DNA of 53,560 bases, the filler included, from Squatina squatina (Eukaryota): NCBI GenBank assembly GCA_031763465.1. It is 3 parts of 3 records of this genome, joined end to end, with 100 filler letters (N's around TTAATTAATTAA, not from the genome) between each part and the next. Parts side by side here need not be neighbours in the genome. Positions count along the whole stretch, not along the records: positions 18,712 to 39,607 come from JARFOE010000056.1; positions 39,708 to 53,560 come from JARFOE010794757.1; 1 more part is not named here. One strand, given 5' to 3'. Within the stretch, counting starts at the first letter, position 1; each line of letters opens with the position of its first letter. Both the position numbers and the translations under genes were made by a program. Under the pieces are notes generated by a model. That model did no database searches. It saw only the letters and a list, made by a program, of their open reading frames with translations, and was not told where the DNA came from. Shown in pieces: positions 37,685 through 49,232 of this stretch.

Positions 37685-39235
37685 AGCCGACACGGACTTC
37701 CATTGGACGACACAATAAAGTACCCTTCGCAGGGCCAGAATTCCTGATTTGGAGCTATGTGGGGCAAGGACTAAATTTTAGAATGTGATGCTGCTGCCAA
37801 CTGCTGCTGCGCAGTGCCTTCTTCCTTTACGTAGGCTCTGTTTTTCTGGCCGAATCGTCTTGCGTAGAATATTCCAGAAATCATCCATATTAACCCTTTC
37901 AGCATATTCTTCTTTTCCTTGCCTCTGGGAGAAATCACAGTCCATTCTCATCATGCTTTACATAACCACTGCGTACTATAAAAATCTACCCACTCATTTA
38001 GAAATTCAGATGCGCTTCCTCATCGGTATACGGTTTCCTTTTTCTAGAGTCAATCGTGTAAGCACGTTTCTTCCCGGCGCTTTCTTCTCCTTTTCTATCC
38101 ATCGGTGTCTGCCTATCCTCTTGATGCAGCAGTGCTGCCTCTTGCAGACCTATCGGCACTGCTCTGTGACGCAGCAAGAATTTCTCTAGCCTGCTCCCTG
38201 TGTCAAGCTGTGGAACTTCACTGTTTCCAAACCCTACCAGTTGCCAGCAGAGTCCAGGCCACTTGGACGTTAGCACTTGCACTCTGCGCATCACTCATTT
38301 TCTGTCCTTGTGAGATAGCCACTTGAAGCAGTTTCCAAAACTATACTGCAATACACCATTAACTCCTTGAATGCCNNNNNNNNNNNNNNNNNNNNNNNNN
38401 NNNNNNNNNNNNNNNNNNNNNNNNNNNNNNNNNNNNNNNNNNNNNNNNNNNNNNNNNNNNNNNNNNNNNNNNNNNCTGAAATGTCAGCTCATCGTCTATT
38501 TCCAAAAAAAATAACATTTAAACAGATATATACCAGATAGGGAGTTGCCAATGAAATTCAGTGACACATAGCAAAACACCTTTCTGGCCAAATTCCATCA
38601 TATTCATAAATTGCCATAACGAGTATTGGTACAACATCCAATGCAGACTTGATAAATATGCTCAAATGCACATTATTTTCAATACAAATTAAAGGGGTAC
38701 TATATTAATGGAAAGCAATTCGAATATTTTTCTTGCATTTGTTTACCATCAACATGATATGAATCAACAAACCCCCAACACATCACTGTGATACACAAAC
38801 CTTCAAGAACCTACCTGAAACACCCCTCCCCATGAACAGTCCATCTTTAAATTTTAAAGACATCTTAAAAAAACCATACGCAGCAGCATTATACCCACTG
38901 ATGCTACACAATCGGGGGAGGAGGCAGAAAATACCGCGGCGTTGTCTGGGGGTAGGGGGGATAGAAAGCAACCCAATGGGCCGAGCATCGCCCTTTCCCT
39001 GGGCTATAAAGAACATTTTGGGATGTAAACACTTGAGTCACGTTGTTGGGACACCAGTTACTGCGCCGACGTGCAGCGACCACCACAGCGCAGCTCTCAC
39101 TTGCTCGCTCTCTCTCCTCTTTCTGTCTCTGCATCCTTTCTTATTCCTGGAAAAAAACGAAAATAAATAAGAGTTAGAGGAAGTAGAGGAGGGGGAAACC
39201 CACCTGCGCGGCTGCGACTGTGCCGAAGGAATTCC
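37685..39235 (-). ncRNA. Candidate 5' exonic region of a non-coding mir-29 host transcript
   Basis: Minus-strand donor CAG|gtgggt (39203), acceptor tttttttccag (39147), donor |gtaagt (37684); repeat-free, only short ORFs; lies between the promoter and mir-29b on the same strand. Confidence 0.4.
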
Positions 39236-39420
39236 CCCCTCCTCTTTATTTACATTCTTAAATTTGTTACAAGCGCAGCGGCGCCGCCTCCGCCCATTGT
39301 GACGTCAAATCGAACCCTCGGACGGGCCCCGATTGGTCGGCAGCGGCTGCCCGTCACACGCGGCTCGTGGCTGTGACGCACTTTAAAAACAAAAACACGG
39401 CATCCACGTGATAGCCTCAG
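39235..39420 (-). promoter_or_regulatory. CpG-rich promoter with CRE, CCAAT, GC-box, E-box and TATA-like element
   Basis: TGACGTCA 39300-39307; half-CREs 39352 and 39374; ATTGG 39332; ctccgccc 39288; CACGTG 39405; TAAATAAA on minus strand 39245-39252; CpG-dense and not matching the GC-rich transposons. Confidence 0.7.
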
Positions 39421-39607
39421 CTGCCATGGAAACTTCCAGGGCCCGGAATCCAAATTACCGTAATACACCCTGTATGGGGGCATCCCGAAATTCTCTCCCT
39501 CCTTCTCATTTTGCAATCGCATTGAATACCAAAGCATTCCCATCATCTCTTTTGACACATTGAACATGATCGGAGCCCCCACACTTCCCCAAACAATTTA
39601 TTGCAGC

Positions 39608-39707
39608 NNNNNNNNNNNNNNNNNNNNNNNNNNNNNNNNNNNNNNNNNNNNTTAATTAATTAANNNNNNNNNNNNNNNNNNNNNNNNNNNNNNNNNNNNN
39701 NNNNNNN
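39608..39707. other. Artificial contig/scaffold join linker
   Basis: 44 N + TTAATTAATTAA (39652-39663) + 44 N, identical in design to 18612-18711. Confidence 0.9.
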
Positions 39708-40063
39708 AGTCCTACAGACAAGAACCCGAGCAGTTGACGATTCCCTGTACCTCTGGTAGCAGGATCAATCGGGCTGCGGGGGTGGGGCACAGCAAGACTC
39801 CGGGCGAGGAGGCAAATAACTGTATTGCGGCTGTTGCATTCTAAACCCACTTCTTACATGGGTATATGTTCTACTTTACCATGGTGGAAAACATGTTGGA
39901 TGGAAAGGGGTTAACTGAAGCTGTTTGTTCAGTGACTGTAATTAATGTCAGTCTCCATGGTATCTAATTGTATCAGTGCAGGGTTTCCCTCTTCTATTAA
40001 TAAGGGGCTCCTTTCAATGTGTTATTCCAGACTGTCAGTGAGAGCATCACCTCTGGCAAGAAG

Positions 40064-40313
40064 ATGAACCACCGCGCTGATCCACAGAGCAAGAGTCAGA
40101 ATCCGAGAATGTTCGATTGGAATGTTACAACAATAGAGCAGAATGTGAGAGCAGTGGATTGGAAATTTTCAACAATGGGCAGGCGTTTCATGTGGGAGAT
40201 TGACTATCTTTCTGAATATTACAATGAAATGGCATTAGATTATCAGATACAGTTGGTTCTTCAGATAATTCAATACATTTACTATCCCCTCCTTGCTGCT
40301 GTTGGTGTCCCTG
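40064..40313 (+). CDS. First coding exon of a class A GPCR, GPR139/GPR142-like (N-terminus and start of TM1)
   Basis: MNHRADPQ...WNVTT...LQIIQYIYYPLLAAVGVP, then phase-1 donor CCTG|gtgagt; NVT sequon; TATTAATAA at ~39995. The YYP.LAAVGVP exon end is typical of chondrichthyan GPR139-like genes. Start codon uncertain; exon 2 not seen. Confidence 0.75.
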
Positions 40314-40545
40314 GTGAGTCTCTGTATCCAGCTATTAATTCTGTAAAACATGTTTAACTACATTTCTGTTCTTGTCATTTACTCTACACCCTGGATGCTG
40401 TTCTTACTCCTGGTATGTCTTTCTAACCAGCTATTAACTCTAGAAAACATTTCCAACTGTGTTACTATTCTTGTAAGCTAGTCATGCATCTTTACTGCTG
40501 TTCGTTTCCCTGGTAAGTCTTGAATCCAGCTATTAGATCTGAGAG
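40276..40545 (+). repeat. Three diverged ~100-bp tandem copies spanning the GPCR exon 1 donor
   Basis: Unit ..tgctgtt....cctg|gt..gtct....ccagctatta..tct; GT at 40314, 40413, 40513. Confidence 0.85.
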
Positions 40546-40594
40546 GTGTTCAAAAAGAATTTAACATGATGCAGAACCAGGTTATACCTTGAGG

Positions 40595-41970
40595 GTCAAG
40601 GGCTCACGTTGTTCAAAGAAAAAACAGCCATGGACGAGGAAAATGTTCAGCGGCAGCACACAACTGAAGGAAAATGGCATATACAAATGAAATAAATAGC
40701 ACTGATCCTGGCGAGTGGGCAAGATACAAAGAACAGAAAAGGTTGGAAGAAAGATCATAAAAAATACAAAAAGAGAGGTGGAAATTAAACTTGCAAGGGA
40801 TATCAAAATTCACATTTTATAAATTACATTCGTTAAAGTGGGGCATTCAGGAGCAATGCTGGCCCATTAAAACCTGACATGGGTGATATTGTCAATGGTA
40901 ATAAGGTCATGGCAGACATGTTGAATAATTATTTGCGACAGTATTTACAGTAGAGTGAATCCCTAGGAAACTTATATTGAATCACGAACACAAACTGAAC
41001 TTAACTAACTTCAGCAAATTAACAGTAATGAAGAAAATAATGGCACTAATGCGTGACAAATCCTCAGGAGTAGATGGTTTCCATGCCAGGTTTTGAAGTA
41101 AGTAGACAAGCACACTGCAGATACCCTAATATAATCTTCCGAAGTTAATCTCGATTCAGGAACTGTTGCTTTAGATTGGAAAATGTTGCATGTCACTCGG
41201 AAAATGTAAGCTTAAAATGACAACAGGATATTGACAGAGTAAATCAATGGGGAAAACTGGCAAATGGATTTCAATGTCGACAAATTTGATGTCGTCCACT
41301 GTGGAACTATAAAGGTTAGAACAGGTTACTTTCTAAATAATTAAATCTAAATCAGGTCGGGAGGTATTTCTCAGTCCAGGTACAAACATCATTAAAATAT
41401 CATGAACAGGCACGGAAAATAATCAGATAGGCTGATGAAATGTTGGCCTTTTTATCTAGAGATCTGGAATACAAGGGGGTACAAGTTAAGCTACAGCTAT
41501 ATAAACCCCTGGTTAGACCACGCCTGGAGTATTATGAACAGTTCGGGGCACCACACTTTAGGAAGGATTTACTGGGTTTGGAGGGAGTGCAGCGTCGGTT
41601 TGCAAGAATGATTCCTGGAATCCAGGGCTTAAATTACGAGGAAAGACTATACAAATTAGGGGTGTCTTCCCTGCAATGTTAGAGGTCACAGATTACTTAA
41701 TCGAAGTTTTCACGATATTAAGGGAAAAAGATAAGGTAGATGGAGAGAAAGTATTTTCACAGTGTGGCAGAAGTTTGGAACTCTCGTCTGCAAATAGCTC
41801 TTGATGTTATGTCAATTGTTAATATCAAATCTGGGATTGACAGATTTTTGTTAACCAAAGGTGTTAACGGATGTGGGCCCAAGGTGGGTATATGGAGTTA
41901 GATCACCGATCAGCCATGATCTCAATGAAAAGACTCGAGTGGGTAAATTGCTTAGCCCTGTTCTTATAAC
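40595..41970 (+). mobile_element. CR1 LINE, internally deleted, with 3' end
   Basis: MLAFLSRDLEYKG..LQLYKPLVRPRLEYYEQFGAPHFRKDLLGLEGVQRRFARMIPG; 3' tail gatcagccatgatctc. Confidence 0.85.
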
Positions 41971-42264
41971 AATATGTAAATCACGATTCACTGCTTACTG
42001 TTCTTGTCATTTAAATCTTGTGAAGATTAAAGTCATTGCCTACGGTCCCTGTCATAAATTCCATCCTCTAACACCAACAACATTCCCCCCATCTACCCGA
42101 CCCCACACTCCCCCTGGCCAAGGTCTGCTGCTGAAACAGACATTTCACAAACTCGGTGTTCTCGTTGATCCTGCGCTGAAATAGAGCATTATATCCTCTC
42201 CATCACCAATTGTGCTGCTACCATCAAATGCTTCCTGCTGGTGAGAGATCTGTGAAAGTGGGAC

Positions 42265-43200
42265 CCTTACAGTGAGATGGGAGAAATCACACTCGGGATT
42301 GAGGAAATGGCAGAGACACTAAACAACTCTGTTGTGCCTGTCTTCAAGGAAGAAGATGCAAATACTTGCCAGAAATATTGGAGAACCAATTGTCCAGCGA
42401 GGAATGAGGAACTCAAATAAACTGGTATTCGTAAAAGAATGGTATTGGAGAACTTAATGGGGAAAAAAGCCTATAAATCACCTGAATGTGATGGCCTACA
42501 TCATAGAGATTTGAAAGAAAAGCCATAGAAATAGTGGTTGTATTGGTTGTCATCTTACATAATTCCATAGTTTCCAGAATGGGTACCACAGATTCAAAGG
42601 GTGGAAATGTAACCCCATGATTTAAGAACAGAGGGAGAAAGGAAGCACAAGACGATTGGCCAGTTAGCCTGGCATCAGTGGCAGGAAAATGGTGCAATAT
42701 ATTATTAAGGACCTGGTAGCAGGGTATTAGCAAGTAATAAGATTGGACTTATGAAAGGAAAATCATGATGGACACATCTGTTAATGGTTTTTGAGGTTGT
42801 AACTAGCAGAATAGATAAGGGGGATTTGTTTATGGCTGTCATGTATTTGGTTTTACAATGGCTTTGGATAAGGTGCTGCAAAAAAGGTTATTGAACAAAT
42901 TTAAGGCTCAGGGGATTGAGGATGATACCTTCACATGATTTGAGAATTGGTTAACTGACAGAAATGGAGAGCAGGAATAACAGACAATGTTCGCGATGGC
43001 AGGCTGTAACACATGGGATTCTGCCAGGATTGGAACTTGGGCCCCAGCTATTCACAGTGTACATCAATGATTTGCATGGGGGGACCAAAGGTAATATATC
43101 GAAGTTCGCTGATGATAAAAAGCTCGGGAGGAATGTAAGTTGGGAGAAGGAAGCAAAGAGGCATCAACAATATATAGCTCCGATTTCTTATGTTCTTATA
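42265..43200 (+). mobile_element. CR1 LINE ORF2 fragment
   Basis: ccagttagcctggcatcagtgg; WQAVTHGILPGLELGPQLFTVYINDL..ISKFADDKKLG (RT FADD motif). Confidence 0.85.
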
Positions 43201-43234
43201 TGAGACCTGTAATTTCACCCATCTACCACTGTGC

Positions 43235-43500
43235 CAGCCGTTCACCTGCTGTAACCCTCATCCATGTCTTTATTAAATCCAGACTCGACTAGTGCAATGC
43301 TCTCCTGGCCGGGCTCCAAGTTACAAACATCCAAAATTAGAGCTTAGCCAAACCTCTGCTACCCACATCTGAAATTGCACCAGGTCCCGCCCACCCATCT
43401 CCTCGTGAGCACTGACCAGCATTGACTGCAATCCGGCAACGCCTGACTCTTAAATTATCTCATCCTTTGCTTCAAATCTCTCAATAGACTCTCCCCTACA
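43235..43500 (+). mobile_element. L2 LINE fragment
   Basis: ctcatccatg..tccagactcgactagtgcaatgctctcctggccgggctcc (SRLDYCNALLAGL-like). Confidence 0.7.
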
Positions 43501-43689
43501 ATTATTCGCATTCCCCTGCTCATTTTCCATAATCTTAGAAATGGTTTCCCTTCATGTATTATCAATTCACTTCTTAGGTTAATGTCCTCCCTGCTGTACC
43601 TCTCCCTGCCTCTCTTTCTGTCTCTGTTTATCAAAATTCCTATTTTTCGTGGACTTTCTCTCTCCCCCTTTTTCTCTATCCCCAGAATA

Positions 43690-45200
43690 CTGGGATGATA
43701 CGGTGCAGAAGAAAGCCATTTATCCCACTGTGTCTGTACTGTCCGTTTGAAAGAGCTGTCTAATTAGTGCAATCAAACCCCCTCTATTCTTGACGCAGAA
43801 ACCTTGATTTTTTTGCTTTTAACATTTTGATTCTGTTCCCTTGTGAAGGTTATTGGGCCACGATTTGCGGCCCCACCGGGCATGTATAAGGTGCCTGTGC
43901 ACCAGTGGGGGCCGTTCAGCTGCCAGTTTTAGACAGGCAATGTTCGAGCATCAAAACCAGCAACTTGCAATCTGTCAATAAATTACATTGACAGATCGTC
44001 TGCAATCGCGGGAGATGTGTATTAACGAGCGGAGAGATGGGCTATTTCCCAAATTCTGACCCTTGAATGGCTGTGAAACTCATTGGCCCGGTGGAAGCAG
44101 GCATACGGCCTGCTTTACCAGCGTAAGAGTTTTTAAAACAGATAAATAAAATGTTAATAATTAATTAATGCCATTCGACTCAATTTTACATGTGTGATGA
44201 TTCTCCTTTAATTATTTCAAGTGTGGATGCATTTCTGGTTGTATTCCAATTCATAATGATGGGGTTTCTGTACAGCCGGAATTACCACAGGCATGAATGG
44301 AGATTCCCTTCGATCATTCCTTGTCATTGCCCAACAGAACATTGTGTGTTGCAGTTCTCACTTTTCTAATCTCCAGAGAGCATTGACCAATCTAATCAAT
44401 CTCGCATCATAGGACAACACTCTCATTCCGGGGATCAAGCTGGTGAATCTTTTTTGTATGACCTCCTCAGATTGTGCCAAATTGTGCACAGTACCCCAGG
44501 GGGGGTCTTACCAGAGTCTTGCACAATTATTGTAAGAGTTACTCGCTCTTGTACTCAAACCCACTTGCAATAAAGGCCAACATGCCATTTGCCTTCGTAA
44601 TTGCTTGCTGTAGCTGCCTGCTGACTTCTTACTTCCTGTACAAGGACACCTCAATCACACTGACCACCAGCACTGAATCGTTTCCCACCATTTAAAAATA
44701 TCCTGTTTCTCTATTCTCCCTACTGAAGTGAATAACCTCACATATTCCCACATTATACTCATCTGTAAACGTATTGCCCACTCACTGAGTCTGGGTCTAT
44801 TCCTTTGCAGGCTTTATTGTGCCCACCTCCCTGTTTACTTTCCCAACTAGATCAGTGTCGTCAACAAACTCTCTCACTTCATCTATAGATTGTAACTATC
44901 CAAGGTTTAACATCTATATTAAAACTCCCCTTAATCTTCATTGTTGTACAGAGCACAATCCCAGCTTCCCCATTCTCTTCACCTGACTGAACTTTCGGTT
45001 TCCTGGCACCATTCTAATAAATCTCCTCCGTACCTTCTCTAACCGTTCACATCCTTGCCCAACATCTGATGCTCAGAATTGGATACAATACTCCCGTGGG
45101 GGCCTAGCCAATGATTTATAAATGGTTAACCTGGCATTCTGCGCTTTGTTATTCCATAACTCGGATTTAAAGACAAGGGTTTTATATGAATTTTTCCAGA
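43690..45200 (-). mobile_element. Fragmented CR1 LINE remnants interrupted by a Harbinger-type non-autonomous element (~43855-44310)
   Basis: gcaataaaggccaacatgccatttgccttc, aattggatacaatactcc; insert begins gggccacgatttgcgg and shares ttaccagcgtaagagttttt with the 11171 family. Confidence 0.65.
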
Positions 45201-45224
45201 GATTGTAACTTATCCTGCCACCAA

Positions 45225-46250
45225 GGAGAATGTTGAAGAAGGAAAGAGAGGTAGAGAGGCGGAGAGGCTAAGCTGAGGCAACAGAAGCACGGCCATTAAT
45301 GGTCGAGTGAATATAATCAGGGATGCACAAGTGGGCAGAGTTAGAGGAGCAAAGACATCTCGGGGGGTTGTGGGGCTGGAGGAGTTTGCAGAGATAGCGA
45401 GGGGCGAGGCTATGGAGGAACTCAAAAACAACGGTGAGAATTTTGAAATGGAGGCATTGCTTAAGCGGGAGCCAATTTTGGTCAGCGATCAGAGGGATGA
45501 TGGGTGAGCAGGACTTGGTGCGATTTAAGATACGGGCAGCCAGGTTTTGCATCACCTCCAGTTTGCGAAGGGTAGAATATGGGAGGCCAGCCAGGAGTGC
45601 GTTGGAATTGTCAAATCGAGAGCTAACACAGACCTGGATGAGATCTTCAGGAGCGGATTAGCTGCAGCAATGGTGGAGGGCGATGTTACGGAGTTGGAAA
45701 TAGGTGTTCTTAGTTATGTGATCGAAAGCTCATTTCAGGGTAAAAGATGACACGAAGTTTGCGAACAGTCTTGTTTAGCCTGAGGCAGAAGTTGAGGAGA
45801 GGGATGCAATTAAGTAGCTAGGGAACAGAATTTTGGCGTGGGCTGAATATAATAATTTCGATTTTCTCAATATTGATTCGGAGAAAATTTAGACTCTTCC
45901 AAAATGAATATCGGATAAGCAGTCTGACAATTTAGAGACCATGGATGGGTCGAGAGAGGTGGTTGTGACGTAAATTTGGGTGTCATCATTATACATGTGG
46001 AAACTGCTGCAGTGTTTTTAAATAATTTCTGAGGGAAACATCTGGCTGAGAAATAGAAGATTGCCAGGGATAGTTCCTTGTGGGCACCAGAGGTAACAAT
46101 ATGGGAGTGGGAAGACAAGCCATTGCTGCTCATTCTCTGGCTACGACTAGATCGATAAGGATAGCACCAGGCAAGTGCAGTTCAAACCAGCTGGACAACG
46201 GTGCAGAGGTATTGGAGAAAGATAAAGGGGTCAACCGTGTTAAATGTTGA
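45225..46250 (-). mobile_element. L2 LINE ORF2 3' portion
   Basis: QNLAARILNRTK...I.PLIADQNWLPLKQCLHFKIL..LHSLAPRYLCKLLQPHNPPRCL.SS. Confidence 0.85.
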
Positions 46251-46279
46251 AGAGAAGAAAAGAAGGACAAGGAGAGAAA

Positions 46280-46728
46280 TGTAATTCCCGGATTGAGATG
46301 GGTGCAGTATCAACTAGGCGGCTCTGAAAATGATATTCCTCGACTGAGGCAGAAATAATGTAATCTGAAAGCGAAATACTGCAGATGCTGGAATCTAGAA
46401 TACAAACAAAAACTGCTGGAAAAACCCAGCAGGTCAGGCAGCATCCGTGGAGAGAAAAACAGAGTCAACGCCCCGGGTCGATGACCCTTCATCTCCACGG
46501 ATGCTGCCTGACCTGCTGGGTTTTTCCAGCAGTTTTTGTTTGTAATAATGTAATCTGGGCAGCCCTGAGAATTAAATTCCTTGTCTAAGGCGTTAACAAT
46601 GTAATCTAGGCGGCCCTGGGATTTAAATTCCTGGAATAAGGCTGCAGCAGTCTAATCTCGGCAATCCTGGTAATTAAATTCCTGGAATTAACTGGGAGCT
46701 GTGTAATCTAGGCCGCCCTATGCATTAG
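46280..46728. repeat. ~51-bp diverged tandem repeat, left part
   Basis: Unit gtaatctaggc.gccctgggaattaaattcctgg...; (a/t)ttaaattcc at 46571, 46622, 46673. Confidence 0.8.
46368..46543. mobile_element. Short Penelope-type insertion with a perfect 53-bp inverted repeat
   Basis: Arms 46401-46453 and 46492-46544 are exact reverse complements; 14-bp direct repeat aataatgtaatctg on both sides. Confidence 0.7.
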
Positions 46729-46974
46729 GAGCTCAAAATTCATGTGCAAAATTCTCCATCATGCAATTGCACCCCAATAGCATCTGGCATTGCAATCGCC
46801 CGTGCATCACAGAATTGGGTAAATCGTTTGAAAAAACCAGCTGCACCACTGTTGCAGACACTGAGAGCTCCAATGCAGCACTGAGGTGCTCCTTTGAATT
46901 CTGCAACCAGTTTCCTATGACACATCTCGATAAGCAATTATTTTGCCACTGCCTTTTTTCTCATAAATGCTTCT

Positions 46975-48930
46975 ATGCTCCGATTTCTTCTGCTCATTGG
47001 GCTCTCTCTGATCTGTGTCAGCAAAGTAGTCTTGAGTCACAGAGATGCCTCAACTAAGTCGAAGGGTCGTCATTTTGCGGATGCGCCACTTGTCACCTTG
47101 GCGGCAGCCATGGAGAGCAAGAGGGTGGAGCTGTACACTCCATCGGGCAGAAGTCCTGAGCCATCGGTGTATCAGACTATGTGGCAGGACATTGTCACCG
47201 AGGTGTCAGCATCCGATGCGGACCAGATATCCCCAACTCATTGCCACAACCAGTTTAATGACTTAATTCTTTTGTGCTGAGTGTTGATCATAAACTGTGC
47301 GTGAGAAGTTGGTCATTGCAGCATAGCTGCATAGTTGAACACTAAATGCAGTCATTATGTCTTGCCCATTGAAAATTACTCGTTTCTCAGCTGTCATAAA
47401 TCACGCCTGTGTCACCAGAAAATACTGACCATACTGATGTTGGCATGCAATGATGCTGAAACACTGCCATTTCTATGGCAGGCCAAGGCCACGGCTCATC
47501 TTGTGGAGCAGCAGCCATTGTGTCCCTGGCTGACCGAGAGGAAAGGATCCTTCAATTAATCTGCTCTGAAATGGTTGACACAGTTGCCCAAGAAATGCCG
47601 AACCACCGACAGACGACAATGGTAATTTGTGGAGGAATTATAAAGACGCCTCACCATCAATGTATGAAGCTGTTTTAATCTCCATTTTACCAGTGTGGGT
47701 GGCCGTGATGTCACGTAGGCCTCAACTTTCATTCTAACCAACTCATGAACGTGTTATTTGTTGTTGCAGTTGATTCACAAGTCATACGTTCACCAGCATT
47801 GGTGTCCAACAGTGTGATGGAGGAGTGGGAAGAGGCCACTGACTTTGAGGAAGCAGAGGGGAAGATGAAGAAAACATGGGGTGGAAGAAAAGGAAGTGAC
47901 GGGGAGGAGTTACTTGCTCAATCATCACCACTCCACTCGCTCACCAGCACCAGTTCAGATACATGCACCTGCCATTTAGGCGCACATATCTTCCCCATAG
48001 GCTCAAATGCCAACCTGCACCAGGAAGTCGCAGGTTGCAGCTGGGTGAGCAGCAAAGGGAAGCCAGGGGGCCAGCGATTCTGGGGACAATTAGCGCGTGA
48101 GGACCTCGAGGGAGAAGCTGGCCCAGAGCGCGTGATGGCCATGCATCACAACATGACAGATGAAACGGCGAGGGTGTGAGAGAGCATGTGGCAATTCAGT
48201 AGGAGTATGGCGGAGTCCAGCCCCTGAAATGAGCAGCATTCTGCGCACACCTTAAAGCCCATCATTGCCTGTTTCTGGACGCTGGTGGAATCGCATAGTG
48301 ACTGTCCAGAACCAGATGTCATGCCTTATTTCACACGCGTCGTGTCATCCTCCAACCCTGGCCAGGTCGCGAAAATGCAAAATCTTCTGTTTGCCCGGAA
48401 GACAATGGCTGGTGACATTTATGATCTGGCTGAGCTCACTCAGTCTCTGCATGGCTCCACTCTGCGGGGTAAAAATGCCCTGCAGTCGCTGGACAATCGC
48501 ATGGATGCTCAGACTGCTTATATGCAGTCTCAGCATGCTACAACACAGATGCTTGCCAATGTCATCTGCATGCCTCTCAATCCCTGATTGCTGCCACTGC
48601 CTCTGCATCTCAGATGGTCCACCGGGGATCTGATGTCTTCACTTAAAGACAACAACCACTTCTCCCGCAGATGGTTGGCACAAAGTGAAGACACCCCGGG
48701 GGAGTAGCATTGCTGGTCAGGAGGCTGGACCTGCTATTCTCTCTCAGGACGACAGCATTACTCCTCCTGCCATTGTCAGTCCACCGTTGCAGCTGCCCAT
48801 GGCTGTCACCCAGGCAGCCGTGACTGCTGCCGCAGCTCTTGATGTGTAATAGTCTGACGCCGGCCCTTTCAGGGGAAGAGGTGCTCCAGCGAGACCAAAA
48901 AAGACACCTTTGGTGACCCACACATTTTAA
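46975..48930 (+). pseudogene. Harbinger Myb/SANT-like DNA-binding protein gene remnant (spliced)
   Basis: KGRHFADAPLVTLAAAMESKRVELY...MWQDIVTEVSA....SPTHCHNQFNDL; candidate acceptors near 47480 and 47769, acidic low-complexity region downstream; end approximate. Confidence 0.7.
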
Positions 48931-49232
48931 CAGCAGCCAACCAGTAGCCCTGCTGCAGCCACAGGTGGGTCACTTCATAGGATTCAAAGGGTAGGGAAAT
49001 TAAACAGGGGATCTAAGTAAATGCACAATGTTGAATAGAAAACATTGTTTGTTATTGATATATCGATGTTATCAATGTCAGTTTTTGTTACAATAATTGA
49101 TTCTCCGTTTTATTCCAGTGTCTGCAATGGTTTCAGCACAAAGTGCCAGCTAGGTTTGGTGGGCTTTGGCAGGAAATGCTCAGATGACATGGGTGTTAGA
49201 GTTGGCTTCATGAATACAACTGGAATAAGGAA

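Noticed and set aside
37785-38326. ORFs of 73-134 aa as protein-coding genes
   Set aside because: No recognisable domain; better explained as non-coding host transcript sequence.
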